A stretch of DNA of 64,000 nucleotides. Origin: Planktothrix sp. GU0601_MAG3. GTDB lineage: Bacteria > Cyanobacteriota > Cyanobacteriia > Cyanobacteriales > Microcoleaceae. The notes under the pieces were generated by a model. That model saw nothing but the letters and a program-made list of their open reading frames with translations, was not told the DNA's origin and did not search any database. Positions 46,008 through 57,911 of the stretch are shown in pieces. Position numbers and translations under genes: made by a program. Each line of letters starts with the position of its first letter. Position 1 is the first letter of the stretch. The stretch is taken from NCBI GenBank assembly GCA_035193785.1, contig CP136572.1, forward strand, positions 3,956,578 to 4,020,577, written 5' to 3'.

Positions 46008-47695
46008 ATGTCCGATAACCTAAGAAGTCAAGCCATTACCCAAGGAAACCCAACGCACCCCCAACCGTGCCATGTTGCGGGCTGTGGGATTTGGGGATCA
46101 AGATTTTGTCAAACCCATCGTTGGGATTGCCAATGGTTACAGCACCATCACCCCCTGCAATATGGGCATTAACGCCCTAGCATTACGCGCAGAAGCTGCC
46201 CTAAAACAAGCGGGGGCGATGCCGCAAATGTTCGGGACAATTACCGTCAGCGATGGCATTTCTATGGGGACTGAGGGGATGAAATATTCCTTAGTTTCCC
46301 GCGAGGTAATTGCCGACTCAATTGAAACCGCTTGTAATGCCCAAAGTATGGATGCGGTATTAGCAATTGGTGGCTGTGATAAAAATATGCCCGGGGCGAT
46401 GATTGCGATTTCCAGAATGAATATTCCGGCGATTTTTGTGTATGGAGGAACGATTAAACCCGGACATTATAATGGTAAGGATTTAACTGTTGTTAGTGCT
46501 TTTGAAGCCGTCGGACAATATAGTGCTGGAAAAATTGACGAAACAGAATTAATTGAAGTGGAACGTCGGTCTTGCCCGGGGGCGGGTTCCTGCGGGGGAA
46601 TGTTCACCGCAAATACCATGTCTTCTGCTATTGAAGCGATGGGAATGAGTTTAATGTATTCTTCCACCATGGCGGCAGAAGATGGGGAAAAAGCCGAAAG
46701 TACAGAAAAGTCAGCTTATGTGTTACGAGAAGCGATTAAAAATCAGATTCTTCCCCGTCAAATTATCACCCGAAAAGCCTTTGAAAATGCGATCGCTGTG
46801 ATTATGGCGGTGGGCGGTTCAACTAATTCGGTTTTACACCTATTAGCTATTGCTAATGCCATCGGAGTTGAACTGACAATTGATGATTTTGAAGCTATTC
46901 GCGCCAAGGTTCCCGTGTTATGTGATTTAAAACCCAGTGGTCGTTATGTTGCCACGGATTTACACAAAGCCGGGGGTATTCCTTTAGTGATGAAAATGTT
47001 ATTAGAAAAAGGCTTAATTCACGGGGATGCCTTAACAATAACTGGGAAAACTGTTGCCGAACAATTAGCCGATGTTCCCTCCGAAACCTAGTCCCGACCA
47101 AGATGTAATTCGTCCTTGGAATAATCCCATGTATGCTCAAGGACATTTAGCGATTTTAAAAGGCAATTTAGCCACGGAAGGTGCGGTTGCTAAAATTACT
47201 GGAGTTAAAAATCCAGTTATTACTGGCCCAGCCCGGGTTTTTGAATCGGAAGAAGAATGTTTGGATGCTATTTTAGCCGGAAAAATTAGCGCTGGCGATA
47301 TCATTGTTATCCGTTATGAAGGGCCGAAAGGCGGGCCAGGAATGCGGGAAATGTTAGCGCCAACTTCGGCAATTATTGGGGCAGGTTTAGGGGATAAAGT
47401 CGGATTAATTACCGATGGCCGTTTCTCTGGAGGCACCTATGGAATGGTCGTGGGTCACGTCGCCCCGGAAGCCGCAGTTGGTGGGAATATTGGTTTAATT
47501 CAAGAGGGAGATAGTATTACTATTGACGCCCATCAACGGTTACTGCAAGTGAATATTTCTGAGGAAGAATTAGCCCAACGTCGGCAAAATTGGCAAGCTC
47601 CAAAACCCCGTTATACTAAAGGAGTTTTAGCCAAATATGCAAAATTAGTTTCGTCTAGTAGTGTTGGTGCTGTGACGGATTTAAACTTAGGTTAG
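46008..47695 (+). CDS. ilvD: Dihydroxy-acid dehydratase
   Basis: [35 protein letters not shown] and TDGRFSG. Extra bases at ~46047 and ~47085. Confidence 0.96.
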
Positions 47696-47788
47696 ACCCC
47701 ATTTAATTCTAGGCGTGAAACCCCGTAGTGAGCCCTTCAGGGCTCATAAAAAGGGTTTAATTTTTAATGAGTGACTTCAAAGTTTACT

Positions 47789-48148
47789 TTATTCTTTATC
47801 ATCTTCATATTCATCAAGTTGTAATGTATATTCTAATGCTTCTTTTAACATCAATAAATAACTGGAGGAAAGAGTTCCTAACTTTCGGATAAGTCGTTGC
47901 TTGTCAATAACGACAATTTGATAACAAAGTGCAACAGATTCTTGAGTTAAACCCGCTTCACCAGCAGCGATAATAATTGTACCTGGTATTCTAGCCCGTT
48001 TATAATTACTGGTTAAAGGAACAACGACTACAGTTGTAGTAAAGCGGTCAAGCGTATTTCTTTGAACAACAATAACGGGTCGAATACCTGCTTGTTCTGA
48101 ACCACGACTTGGATTCAAATCAGCTAAATAAACATCTCCCCGCATCAT
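47789..48148 (-). CDS. mazF: PemK/MazF family toxin
   Basis: RGDVYLADLNPSRGSEQAGIRPVIVVQ and VVVPLTS. Confidence 0.9.
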   Translation of the reverse strand: MMRGDVYLADLNPSRGSEQAGIRPVIVVQRNTLDRFTTTVVVVPLTSNYKRARIPGTIIIAAGEAGLTQESVALCYQIVVIDKQRLIRKLGTLSSSYLLMLKEALEYTLQLDEYEDDKE

Positions 48149-48402
48149 ATCACATCCTCTTGCTGAAGCTGATACAAATAATCGCTTAAAATCCCTTCTG
48201 AATAAGCTAAATCTTGATCATAAAACTCAGCTTTTATATCCGCAGCTTCTTGATCAGAAATACTATCCCAATCCTGAAATTGTTGTTTTTTATGCAATAA
48301 AAGTGCATATTTCAACACTTCTTCTTGCTTAGGTAAGGATAATTGGGATAAGACTTTCAACAGTTGGGACTGGACAATATCAGGTGTTTTTGTGATCATC
48401 AA
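48145..48402 (-). CDS. Putative cognate antitoxin
   Basis: Small ORF with an acidic tail overlapping the toxin start (ATGA). Confidence 0.65.
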   Translation of the reverse strand: MMITKTPDIVQSQLLKVLSQLSLPKQEEVLKYALLLHKKQQFQDWDSISDQEAADIKAEFYDQDLAYSEGILSDYLYQLQQEDVI

Positions 48403-48502
48403 ACCAACCTAACTAAGATTTTAAACAAACTTGATATATTTTAGATACCTATGGGTCAATTATAACCCATTTTATCAATATCTTTCATAAAGTTCCTCTC
48501 TA

Positions 48503-49412
48503 TTATTCAGCTAAATTCAACAATTCGGAAACTGTTACAAACCGATAGCCCCGTTTTTGTAATTCAGGAATCATAATCTTTAACGCCTTTATGGTTTCAG
48601 AAACGATTTCCGCCGCCATCGTGCATTAACACAATATCCCCTGGACGGGCTTGATTTAAGACCAGATTTGCTAATACAGCCGCTGTGGGTTTTTGAAAGT
48701 CTTTCGTATCAATAGACCACATAATAACAGCATAATTTTTACTGCGGGCATAGTCGGCGACGCCATTATCTAAAATGCCCCCAGGAGGCCGAAATAACCG
48801 GGTTTTTAATCCCGTAATTAACTGTAATTTTGCCGATGTATTTTCAATTTCTGCCTTAGCTTTTTGCAGTTCCATTTTGGGATAAGAATGCGTCCAAGTA
48901 TGATTCCCAACGGCGTGACCTTCTTGAACTACTTGCTTGATAATTTCAGGATATAAAGGTAAATTTTGACCTAAAACAAAGAAGGTGGCTTTAATATTAA
49001 ACTCTTTTAAAACGGTTAAGACCTTGGGTGTTTCCGGCCAGGGGCCATCATCAAAGGTTAGGGCAATAACCTTTTCTTGATTTCGGGGGGAAACACTATG
49101 AACCGTTTTCCCTTTATAGCGTTCTGGAATTAAAGAATAATAGGGTTTTTCTGGTTTCTTTAAACTCGGAGGTGGGAAAGGTTTTCTAGGAATAAAAGAG
49201 TCGGGTTTTCCTAATGGTGGAATTGTCGGATCTTCCATCCCATTTTCAACAGAATTAATCGGTTGTGTGATTACCGAATTTTCAGCTTGCATCCCAACAA
49301 TAGGCAAGGAGACAGCCACTTGTCCGGGATTAAAACTTAATATAAAGATTCCACTAACACCACCCAGTAGAATCTCTAACAACCTTGGGAAATTTTGGGA
49401 ACCAGTCATCAA
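48503..49412 (-). CDS. Polysaccharide deacetylase (NodB homology)
   Basis: ALTFDDGP, GNHTWTH, FRPPGG and IVLMHDGGG. Extra base at ~48601. Confidence 0.9.
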
Positions 49413-49478
49413 TTTTCAGCGTCAGGATAATCTGACTATAGACTACGAGACTTTCCCTCTAACTCCCGTAAATCTTAA

Positions 49479-49598
49479 CTAAATATGAGAATGTTCTTGG
49501 TCGGAAACGATCTCGGCTTCGTTGGGTGTTAGTGCGATCGCGAATAAAAATGACACTAACGGCCCAACAATGAAAATTGCTAATTCTAATCCGGTCAT
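49479..49598 (-). CDS. Putative 39-aa single-pass membrane peptide
   Basis: MTGLELAIFIVGPLVSFLFAIALTPNEAEIVSDQEHSHI; G-rich RBS-like sequence upstream; contains HIP1. Confidence 0.45.
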   Translation of the reverse strand: MTGLELAIFIVGPLVSFLFAIALTPNEAEIVSDQEHSHI

Positions 49599-49874
49599 GG
49601 TCTACCCCCTGTGGGTTGCGGTGTGGATTTACCCCTCGAATGCAGAGTTAATTATTAGTCCGATTTCTGACTAATTCTAGCCAAAAACCCGCTTCCGCAT
49701 CAGAGAGCGTGCTGATAATATCCTGGATATGATCTAATATACTCTAATCATCCTCATCCAGTATCTATTTCACTTCTGATCCGTCTTGATTTAACTAAAT
49801 CTTTAAATTCAGATCATCAACCTTTGCTAAATCTAAACTTTATTCATGAATCTTTACAAAAACTCTTTGAATAA

Positions 49875-52800
49875 TTAATCATATTCAAAGTTTTTCAATT
49901 TAGGAACTCCAAACCAAAAATCCGTGGGAATTAGAGGTTTTAGGGTCGGATCATGACCACCGACTTGATTGGCGCGGAGAATCCAGAGACTGGCTCCCAA
50001 TTGAAGGAAGATCATGGCAATTTTATCGTTAATTAATCGCGGTAATAATGAGCGCCAACTAGAGCTTAATCGGGATAGGGTTTTTAAGGGAGTTTCTTGG
50101 GTAAAACGCCCTAGGGTTGGAGAAACCGTATCGCCAATCTTTTCGAGCTTTACCTCTGGTGACTAAGATACTTTCTAAACTCGCAACTAATGTTCTTAAT
50201 TGAATGAATCGTTGGGTTTGTTCGTGGTGGGGATTTTCTCGCAACCATTTCATTAATAAAGGATTTAATTCAAATTGAGCTAACATCCGTCTTAAGGATA
50301 AATATAAGGCTTGACTGGAATCTTGAGAACAGGAATTAATTGCACTCACAAAGGTAGTTCCGGTTCCATCTCCCACCCGATATCGAGCGGTCATAATATC
50401 CAATTCATTAATAACAATATCTAGGGGAGAAAACTTGAATCCATTAAAGTCATAATCTTGGGTGAGGGGATCAAATTTAATTATAATATCGTTAAAGGGA
50501 CGAGATCCTAACCAACCAAATTGACGATCACCACTGTAGCGTGTCCAGTCTAAACTTCCCGAGATGATCCCATCACAATTGTGGGTATAAATTTGGCGAT
50601 ATTCGATGTTAAATCGCAGGTCTTGGGTAAGGCGATCGCGCACCACTGTAGCGATTCCATAGGCAAAATGTCCGAAGTAAATTCCAAAGGGAGTATGGTC
50701 GCCATTCGGCCCGCCAATGCCTCCATAAACGTGCATTAATAAAGCCCGATCTCCTTCTTTCCAAAGGGATTCTGGCACAATATAATGATCGGAATTATCC
50801 TGATTAGGGTTAAGGAAAATTGTCTTAACTTGTCCTGGGGGGGTAATTTTATTTTTCCAATATTCCCAGTTAATATAGTCTAAGGTTTTTTGTTTTCCTG
50901 AAATTACTAAATCGGGAGTCAGGGACAATAAACTATAGGGTGCGATCGCCTGTACTACAAACTGACCATCAATATTTTTTTGTCCGAAAATATACCATCC
51001 TGAAGCATTAACCGAAGATTGTTTCTAAATCTTGATTTACTGAAGATAAAATTCCATCTCGGCTAGGGACAACAGAGGGCAAATAGACCCTTTCTTCCGG
51101 GCCGTTAAATTGTTGAGATTGGGTATGATAATGGCGCACCAAAAAGATATCATTACCCAAATTTTCAATAAATCTCACTAGGGCATAAAATCGACCGGTA
51201 ATTTCAACGGGATCATGTTGAATATAAAGACTAGGGCGCTCTAAACCCGTATCTTTAAATGTTACAGGTTCTTTTAATACCACAATTACATCATCCTGGG
51301 GTCTAGCTCCGGCGATGGATTCTAAGGGGTCAACTTGTGACCAACCATTAATCCGATCGGGGTGAATATTTCCCTGGGATTTACTGATTTTAACTTGATC
51401 AATAAAGTTGACATTCTGGGTGACTAATTTAACTCTTTCGTTGACATTATTTCCTTGTAAATCCCATCTTAAATTAACAATTTGTCCGACTCGATGTTGA
51501 TGGGATGAATCGGTATGATAAATCTCAAACAACACGCCCTGCACCTGTTCCCGCTCTGATAATTTAGGTAAAATTAATCGACCAATCCAAGTATCCACGG
51601 GTTGATATAATTCGGGATCAAGAGTTTGTTGCACTGGATAATATGCAACTTGGTTAAAAGGGGCTTGTTTGTAGAGTTCGTAGTTACTAGATTTTTTGAA
51701 AATATTAGGATCTAGCCCAGTAATTTCCCAATTTTCTAATAAAATTCCAGTGACAATATCAACGGTTTGTTGCAGGTGAGTTTTGCCATTAGGGAGTTGA
51801 TTATCTCCCATCGGGCCACCCATCATATTGTGTCCCACTGGCCCCAGAGAAATAAAACTAATTTTGCCCCGCCGTTTAGCAAAATTCCAGTTTGATAACA
51901 GAGAAATCGGCCAACGTCCGGGGAAAATAATCGCCCCCACTTTTTCAACGCCATCCTTATCCCCAACTAGATGATAGAGATGTTTCTGTTACCATGGTTC
52001 CCGTATTTCCACTGATCACACCCGCAATGGAAATTACTGTAATCGGGGCTTTAATTGTACGTTTGAGAAAGGTTACAGCCCCCATGGACATTTGACCGCC
52101 GCCACTGTAGCCAATCAAAGTCACCGGAACTTGACTTCCCAGGGGATAGCCATAGCTGAGTAAACTATTATACAGAACTTGCGCCAGGCCTTGATTTTGA
52201 ATCGGGCCGTAACGAGGATCAGCCGAAACCGCTACGGAGACGACATTTCTGGCGTTAACGATAAAACCAATGGGGTTAGCCGGATTTTTAACGGCCATGG
52301 AGTCAATCAGTCGCCACAAAAAGGATAGGGGCCGATTTTCCGTTAAGGGTTTATTCGTCACAGAATAGGGCATAATCCCTTTAACAATAGCTATATTATC
52401 GGGAGTGGCAATGGCAAGGGCATCTAAAAAACGTTCAACTTCTGGTAAATATTGATAGGAGCCTTGATTGATTCCATCTAAATACATAACATAGTGATTG
52501 ACTGGAGTATCAATATTAGGATTTTCGACTAATGTTCCGGTATTTTTTAATGGTTGAACTCCATACCATCCTGCCCACCAAGTTAGGGATTCTAGCGGTG
52601 TTAGGACAATAGAAATTAACAGGGCAATAAAACTAAATTGAACTAATTTTAATCCCAATCTAAAGCTATGATTGAGTAGACTAAACCCTACTACTAAGGG
52701 GTTATTACTATTAGGATATAAAATTAAAACTAATATGAAGCCCAACAATGCCAGGGCTGCAAATTTAACGGTAGATGAACTTTTTTGTTTAGGAATATTT

Positions 52801-53489
52801 TCTTGTTGTTCGGCTTCTAACCAAATTTCTTTGCCGACGGTCAGAATTTGAGGCTCTTTCCCGTCGTACATAACCATTTCTTCTAATTTTTTCGGGTCAG
52901 TAATTAATGAAGTTCCTGCCACCGAATTAGACAACCAACGACTAAAGGCTAAAATCGGACGGCCAATTGTTCGTTGGACAATTTGTAGGACAACCCAACC
53001 AATTAAAGTACAAATAAAGACTGACCAATCTTCAAATCCAGCAATGCTTTCTAGTCCAACAAATTGAGCTAGTAAACTCCAAATTGAGAGGAATACTCCA
53101 ATCGCAATTCCCATGTAGGGTAAGGCTATTAAAAACCCTAACATTTGAGGGGCATAACTGAGTCCTAGGGTTCTAAAAATTAGATCAAAACTTAGAGAAA
53201 CATCAAAAAACAGGTTACTCGCAATCCAAATACTCCCGGCCCATAATCCATAACTTAAAGCAAAAACAATTGCAGAAATTCCTAAGCTGAGAAAAAAACG
53301 AATGGGTGTAACTTTATTAGCAAATAAAACAATACATTGTCCAACTGCTTGAGATAAACCGGCGATTAAAACAATAACTAATGCTACGGTGAGGCCATCG
53401 GGTAAGGTATTAATTTGATCAAAAACTTCTGGGTTGAGGGCAAATGCCCCCGAAACCAGATGCCAGAATTGGTTAAATGCGGTTTCCAT
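49875..53489 (-). CDS. Large membrane protein: Yip1-like TM N-terminus, alpha/beta-hydrolase-like GYSGG region, and a cyanobacterial C-terminal region often annotated CAAX/Abi
   Basis: Three track ORFs and their gaps form one ~1200-aa frame after removing single bases at ~51984, ~51023 and ~50124. Confidence 0.7.
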
Positions 53490-53632
53490 AAAACAAAAAT
53501 TTACAAAGATGCAATTGATGGTTTTTTAGTGGTCTCAAGTCTAACCTGAACGACCATAAAAAGCAATATTTAGAGTGACTTATGACTAAATCAATCTATT
53601 TTTCAACCGTTGAATAAATTTCCAGCCCTTAT

Positions 53633-54088
53633 TTACTGTGATGCAGTCGAAACAATTAAATAACTGATTGATAGGGCTAAAACCGCAATAGCCAGTCCAA
53701 TCAAATCTTCACCCCCTTTTTTATCGAGATCAAAAATAATAATTTTTCTTCCTACCGCAATTAAAGAGGTAACAATCACTAACTCAACTTGGATAACGTG
53801 CTTTTTCAAGTAGGATGAAATATTTTCTAAAATCTCTAGGGCAATCAAAATATTTAAGAATAATCCAAAAATTTCAAACAAAGAAGATTTAAAGATTAGG
53901 GTAGAATCCGTTAACAATTTTTGGGCTAAATATAAAATTAGTTGACCACAGCAGGCTACGATAATTATTATCATAGCAATTGACAGGGTTTTAGCGATCG
54001 CTACTTGAATTTCTTCTAATATCATTAAGAAATTTTCATCGCTAAACCAATGGGTGAGGGATTCAAAAAAAGTTCTTTTGCGTGACAT
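53633..54088 (-). CDS. Phosphate-starvation-inducible PsiE family membrane protein
   Basis: FLNILIALEILENI..ELVIVTSLIAVGRKIIIFD. Confidence 0.8.
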   Translation of the reverse strand: MSRKRTFFESLTHWFSDENFLMILEEIQVAIAKTLSIAMIIIIVACCGQLILYLAQKLLTDSTLIFKSSLFEIFGLFLNILIALEILENISSYLKKHVIQVELVIVTSLIAVGRKIIIFDLDKKGGEDLIGLAIAVLALSISYLIVSTASQ

Positions 54089-54381
54089 AGTGACCCGGGA
54101 ATTAGAGTTGGACAAATTAATATCAATATATAATTTATAGTCAGTTAATGCAAGATTATTTTTTAAAATTAATCCATCAACTCCAGAAATAGAGTTTCTG
54201 AAGTTTCTGAAGGGAGAAATATTGTTAAGTTCTGTAAATAAACAATAATTATTATTAAAATTCATCTATAGCAATCTTATTTTATTTGTGTAGAAATGTT
54301 GCATACAAAGTCTCTACAACAGTAAAGTAAGTATTTCACTATGGGTTAAGCGTCAGTAAAACTCAACGTCATCAAACCCTA

Positions 54382-55704
54382 TTATCCCTGTTTGGCTAAA
54401 ATCATATAATCGTCAATAGCATAACTTATATGCTGATTTAACTTAAAGTATTTTTGAAAAATGGGATGAATATAAGGCTGATAAGGCAATTTTTCACGAG
54501 CAAATTTTCCAAACTCAGCAGGAGTCATCTGCTCTGCAATTCCTGTAGATGTCAAATATTTATACCAAACTAATTTTAGACCCATTTCTTCAATAAAAGA
54601 TTTAATTACACTGTATTCTAGGTGATAATCTTGGCGATGTCGTAAATTATATGCTTGGAAAAGTTTCTTATCTTGAACAATGAATAACACATAACCGTCC
54701 GGTTGTAAACAGCGATTAAAAATATATTGAAAATTACTATTAGCTTTTTGTCTGAGTTGGGTTTGATAAAAGAAACAATGGGAAATGATAATAAAATTAA
54801 AAAAATTCTTAGGCATTTTGTCAAAATTAGACTTATTTCCTAATAGGTCACAGGTATCAAAGCGAAAATAAGCATTAGTCGGTTGGGGTTGTTGCTCAAC
54901 ATATCGGCGCCAAAATTGAAGTCCCCGATATTGAAATTTAGCTTGTTTTTCTAAAGAATAATAGGCAATTTGAAACTCCGAGGAATTCATCCCTGGATAA
55001 TTACTTCTCAGAAACAAATCTAAACCATAAATCATTGTCCCAGGGCCAGCCGCAATATCCAAAATATTGAGATGTTTGGGTAATAACCCGGTTTTGTAAA
55101 TTAAAAACCAGGCTAAATAAGCACCATAAACATGAGGTAAAAAATAACGAATTAAATATACATAAGGACTCAATTCAAAAACATATTTAGGATCTTCTCC
55201 AATTTTTAATAAATTCAAATCTTCAACGGCTTCTTTTAGGGAATATTCAAAATTTTTTCTTTGACTCATTTGTTTAAATTCATCTTCAATAAACTGAGCT
55301 AAATTTAACTCAAAATCATTAAAAATATCAGCATCAATTCCTGTACATTGGATTAAATTATCATCCGGCTCAATTAAATTAAATTTTTGAGTAATTCGAG
55401 CAATAATATTTTGATTGGGAATAATCAAATCTTCTTCCCGAAAATCAAACTCAGAGGGGAATAAATTTAATTGGGAAAAACTTTTAATTTGTTGCTTTAA
55501 TTGTAAGATTTCCTTCTGTTTTTGCTTTAGTTCATAATCGGTTTCTAACTTATCTTGAAATAACTTTTCTAACCCGGAAAGTTGTGTTTTTGAGCGTCGA
55601 ATCTCTTGTAAAATATTCCGAGCTTGTTGTTCATTTCCTCTCTGTAAAGCTAAAAATAACTTCAGAGATTGCCAACCCTGAATAATTCTATCAATCATAG
55701 CCAA
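54382..55704 (-). CDS. Hypothetical protein with a SAM-dependent methyltransferase-like C-terminal domain
   Basis: Motif I ILDIAAGPGT, FIIISHCFF and LQPDGYVLFI; overlaps the upstream radical SAM gene. Confidence 0.65.
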   Translation of the reverse strand: MAMIDRIIQGWQSLKLFLALQRGNEQQARNILQEIRRSKTQLSGLEKLFQDKLETDYELKQKQKEILQLKQQIKSFSQLNLFPSEFDFREEDLIIPNQNIIARITQKFNLIEPDDNLIQCTGIDADIFNDFELNLAQFIEDEFKQMSQRKNFEYSLKEAVEDLNLLKIGEDPKYVFELSPYVYLIRYFLPHVYGAYLAWFLIYKTGLLPKHLNILDIAAGPGTMIYGLDLFLRSNYPGMNSSEFQIAYYSLEKQAKFQYRGLQFWRRYVEQQPQPTNAYFRFDTCDLLGNKSNFDKMPKNFFNFIIISHCFFYQTQLRQKANSNFQYIFNRCLQPDGYVLFIVQDKKLFQAYNLRHRQDYHLEYSVIKSFIEEMGLKLVWYKYLTSTGIAEQMTPAEFGKFAREKLPYQPYIHPIFQKYFKLNQHISYAIDDYMILAKQG

Positions 55705-56611
55705 ACCCTTCTCTTCCCTCTTTAATTTCTACATCACCAAGCAGAAACTCTAATTTCTGTTTAAATAGAAAATAGTTTTCCTGTTCCTGATTATACCACC
55801 AAGCGTATTTTTGTTTGAGGGCGATCGCTTGATCACGAGTTGACGCCACTAAACTTTTATTTTGAGTTGCGTGAAATTCTTGAATCACTATTCTATCGAC
55901 AAAACTTAATTTTAAGATAAATTCGTCTTGATCTTCTGGTAAAGTTGGTAATAGTGGGGTAATTGTAATCGCAAATCTGATATCATATCCAGCCTTAAAA
56001 GGAATATTATATCTTAATTTTCCTATGGCTTGAATTCGAGATTTAATACTGGGTGATTGTGGCTCAAAATCCCGTTTTACCGCTTCACTTCCCGTAGGAA
56101 TACTTAGGTTAATTCTTAAAGTTTTAAACTGTTGTAATAAATCAATATCTCTAGTAATCATCGGACTCCGAGTTTGAATCACTAGAATCGGTTGATACTT
56201 CACCATCACCTCTAATAATTGCCTAGTTAGTTGTACTTTAGCTTCAATAGGTTGATAGGGGTCAGTGACACTACTCATATAAATACTGGGCGGTTTTTCG
56301 GGATGACGACGACACCATCTTTCCAACTCTTTTTCTAAAATTTCTGCGGCATTTTCTTTGATAATTACCCAATTTCCCCAATCTTTTCGCATCTGAGGAT
56401 TGGGACTAAAAGCCGTAGCATAACAATAACTGCATCCATATTGACAGCCTCGATAGGGATTAAGGGTAAAGTCATAATCTCGAATAAAACCCGTGGCTTT
56501 ATTTAATAAAGATTGGGCATTTTTTCCATAAATATTGACTTGACCAAATTTTTCTTTAACCAAAAATTGATGTCGAGATAACAAATCATCGGAGTAGTTG
56601 ATTTCTGACAT
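55691..56611 (-). CDS. Spore photoproduct lyase-like radical SAM protein
   Basis: LNPYRGCQYGCSYCYA (CxxxCxxC), SSVTDPYQPIE and IQTRSP. Confidence 0.85.
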   Translation of the reverse strand: MSEINYSDDLLSRHQFLVKEKFGQVNIYGKNAQSLLNKATGFIRDYDFTLNPYRGCQYGCSYCYATAFSPNPQMRKDWGNWVIIKENAAEILEKELERWCRRHPEKPPSIYMSSVTDPYQPIEAKVQLTRQLLEVMVKYQPILVIQTRSPMITRDIDLLQQFKTLRINLSIPTGSEAVKRDFEPQSPSIKSRIQAIGKLRYNIPFKAGYDIRFAITITPLLPTLPEDQDEFILKLSFVDRIVIQEFHATQNKSLVASTRDQAIALKQKYAWWYNQEQENYFLFKQKLEFLLGDVEIKEGREGFGYD

Positions 56612-56715
56612 ACTGCAATAGAGAAGGGTTAGGAAAAAGGATATTGTAGAATGTTTAAAAATGCAATAATCAGCGTATACTAATTATTTAGGTTAATTTA
56701 CATCCCATTAATTAA

Positions 56716-57403
56716 ATGCCGAGTTTAACTGAAATCCATAGTTTGGGATTCCAAATCACATTAGTGGCCGGGTGGTTAGGTTTAATTATAGTAGTAGCAG
56801 AAGGACTAAATCGGGTTTTTGCTATTAATGCGGAAATTTCGCGTAAAATTGTTCATATTGGCACGGGAAATGTAATTCTACTGGCTTGGTGGCTGAATAT
56901 TCCAGCGTGGGTCGGAATTACGGCGAGTGTAATTTCAGGAATCATTGCCATTATTTCCCATCAAATGCCGATTCTTCCTAGTATTAATAGTGTGGGAAGA
57001 AAAAGTTTGGGAACGTTTTTTTATGCGATTAGTATTGGGGTTTTAATTGGTTGGTTTTGGACAATTAAACAACCTCAATATGCTGCTTTGGGTATTTTAA
57101 TTATGACCTGGGGGGATGGTTTAGCGGCGGTTATTGGTCAACAATGGGGTCAACACAAATATCAGGTTTTTGGTAATGGGAAAAGCTGGGAAGGTTTCCT
57201 TGACAATGCTATTTGTTAGTTTGATTATTTCCAGTTCTATTTTATTAGCAACTCAGGGAAATAATCAAATAACTTGGAGTATTTCAATAGCTGTAGCAAT
57301 TATAGCTACGGGATTAGAAAGTTTTTCAAAGTATGGAATTGATAATCTAACTGTTCCTTTAAGTAGTGCGTCACTGGCTTTTTTTATGAATCAAATTCTT
57401 TAG
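56716..57403 (+). CDS. Phytol/dolichol kinase family (CTP_transf_1) membrane protein
   Basis: SRKIVHIGTG, WGDGLAA, KSWEGS and GIDNLTVPL. Extra T at ~57196. Confidence 0.85.
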
Positions 57404-57411
57404 ATAATGGT

Positions 57412-57513
57412 AGGGAATAGGGAATAGGGAATAGGGAATAGGGAATAGGGAATAGGGAATAGGGAATAGGGAATGGGCAACAATAAATCCCCCACAGGAG
57501 TTATGGGGGATTT
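57412..57513. repeat. (GGGAATA)n repeats followed by hairpin TAAATCCCCCA..TGGGGGATTTA
   Basis: Directly visible; the hairpin lies between convergent genes. Confidence 0.85.
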
Positions 57514-57557
57514 AAGTATATTTTCAAACACATCATAACAGTTGAACACAATTACCC

Positions 57558-57707
57558 CTAATGTTTCCAACGGGGATCTCTGTTAGGATTACCTTCAAAG
57601 GGTTGTACACCTACAGATGGGTAGGTATCATCACTAACAATAAACATCCGCCCGGCGGCTTCAGTTAAATAGGTCATCATTTCTTCAAGAGAACGTAAAA
57701 TATTCAT
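57558..57707 (-). CDS. Small cyanobacterial protein, 49 aa (missing from the ORF track)
   Basis: MNILRSLEEMMTYLTEAAGRMFIVSDDTYPSVGVQPFEGNPNRDPRWKH; GGGAG RBS; DDxYPxxGVQPFEGxP motif. Confidence 0.75.
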   Translation of the reverse strand: MNILRSLEEMMTYLTEAAGRMFIVSDDTYPSVGVQPFEGNPNRDPRWKH

Positions 57708-57911
57708 AACTCCCAACCTCAACTCTATGATTCAGGCTTCTATACTAATCATTCTATCGAAAAAAATTAGAAGGTGTGCAGATTTGCAACATTTATTTGC
57801 ATTTTTATATTGACTAAAGTTATACTATCCGTTCAAATTGTAAGAAATACTTAATTTATTTCGGTTCGGGGTTGGGTGACAAGACCAAACCCCTAGAAAC
57901 CCGATCAAAGT

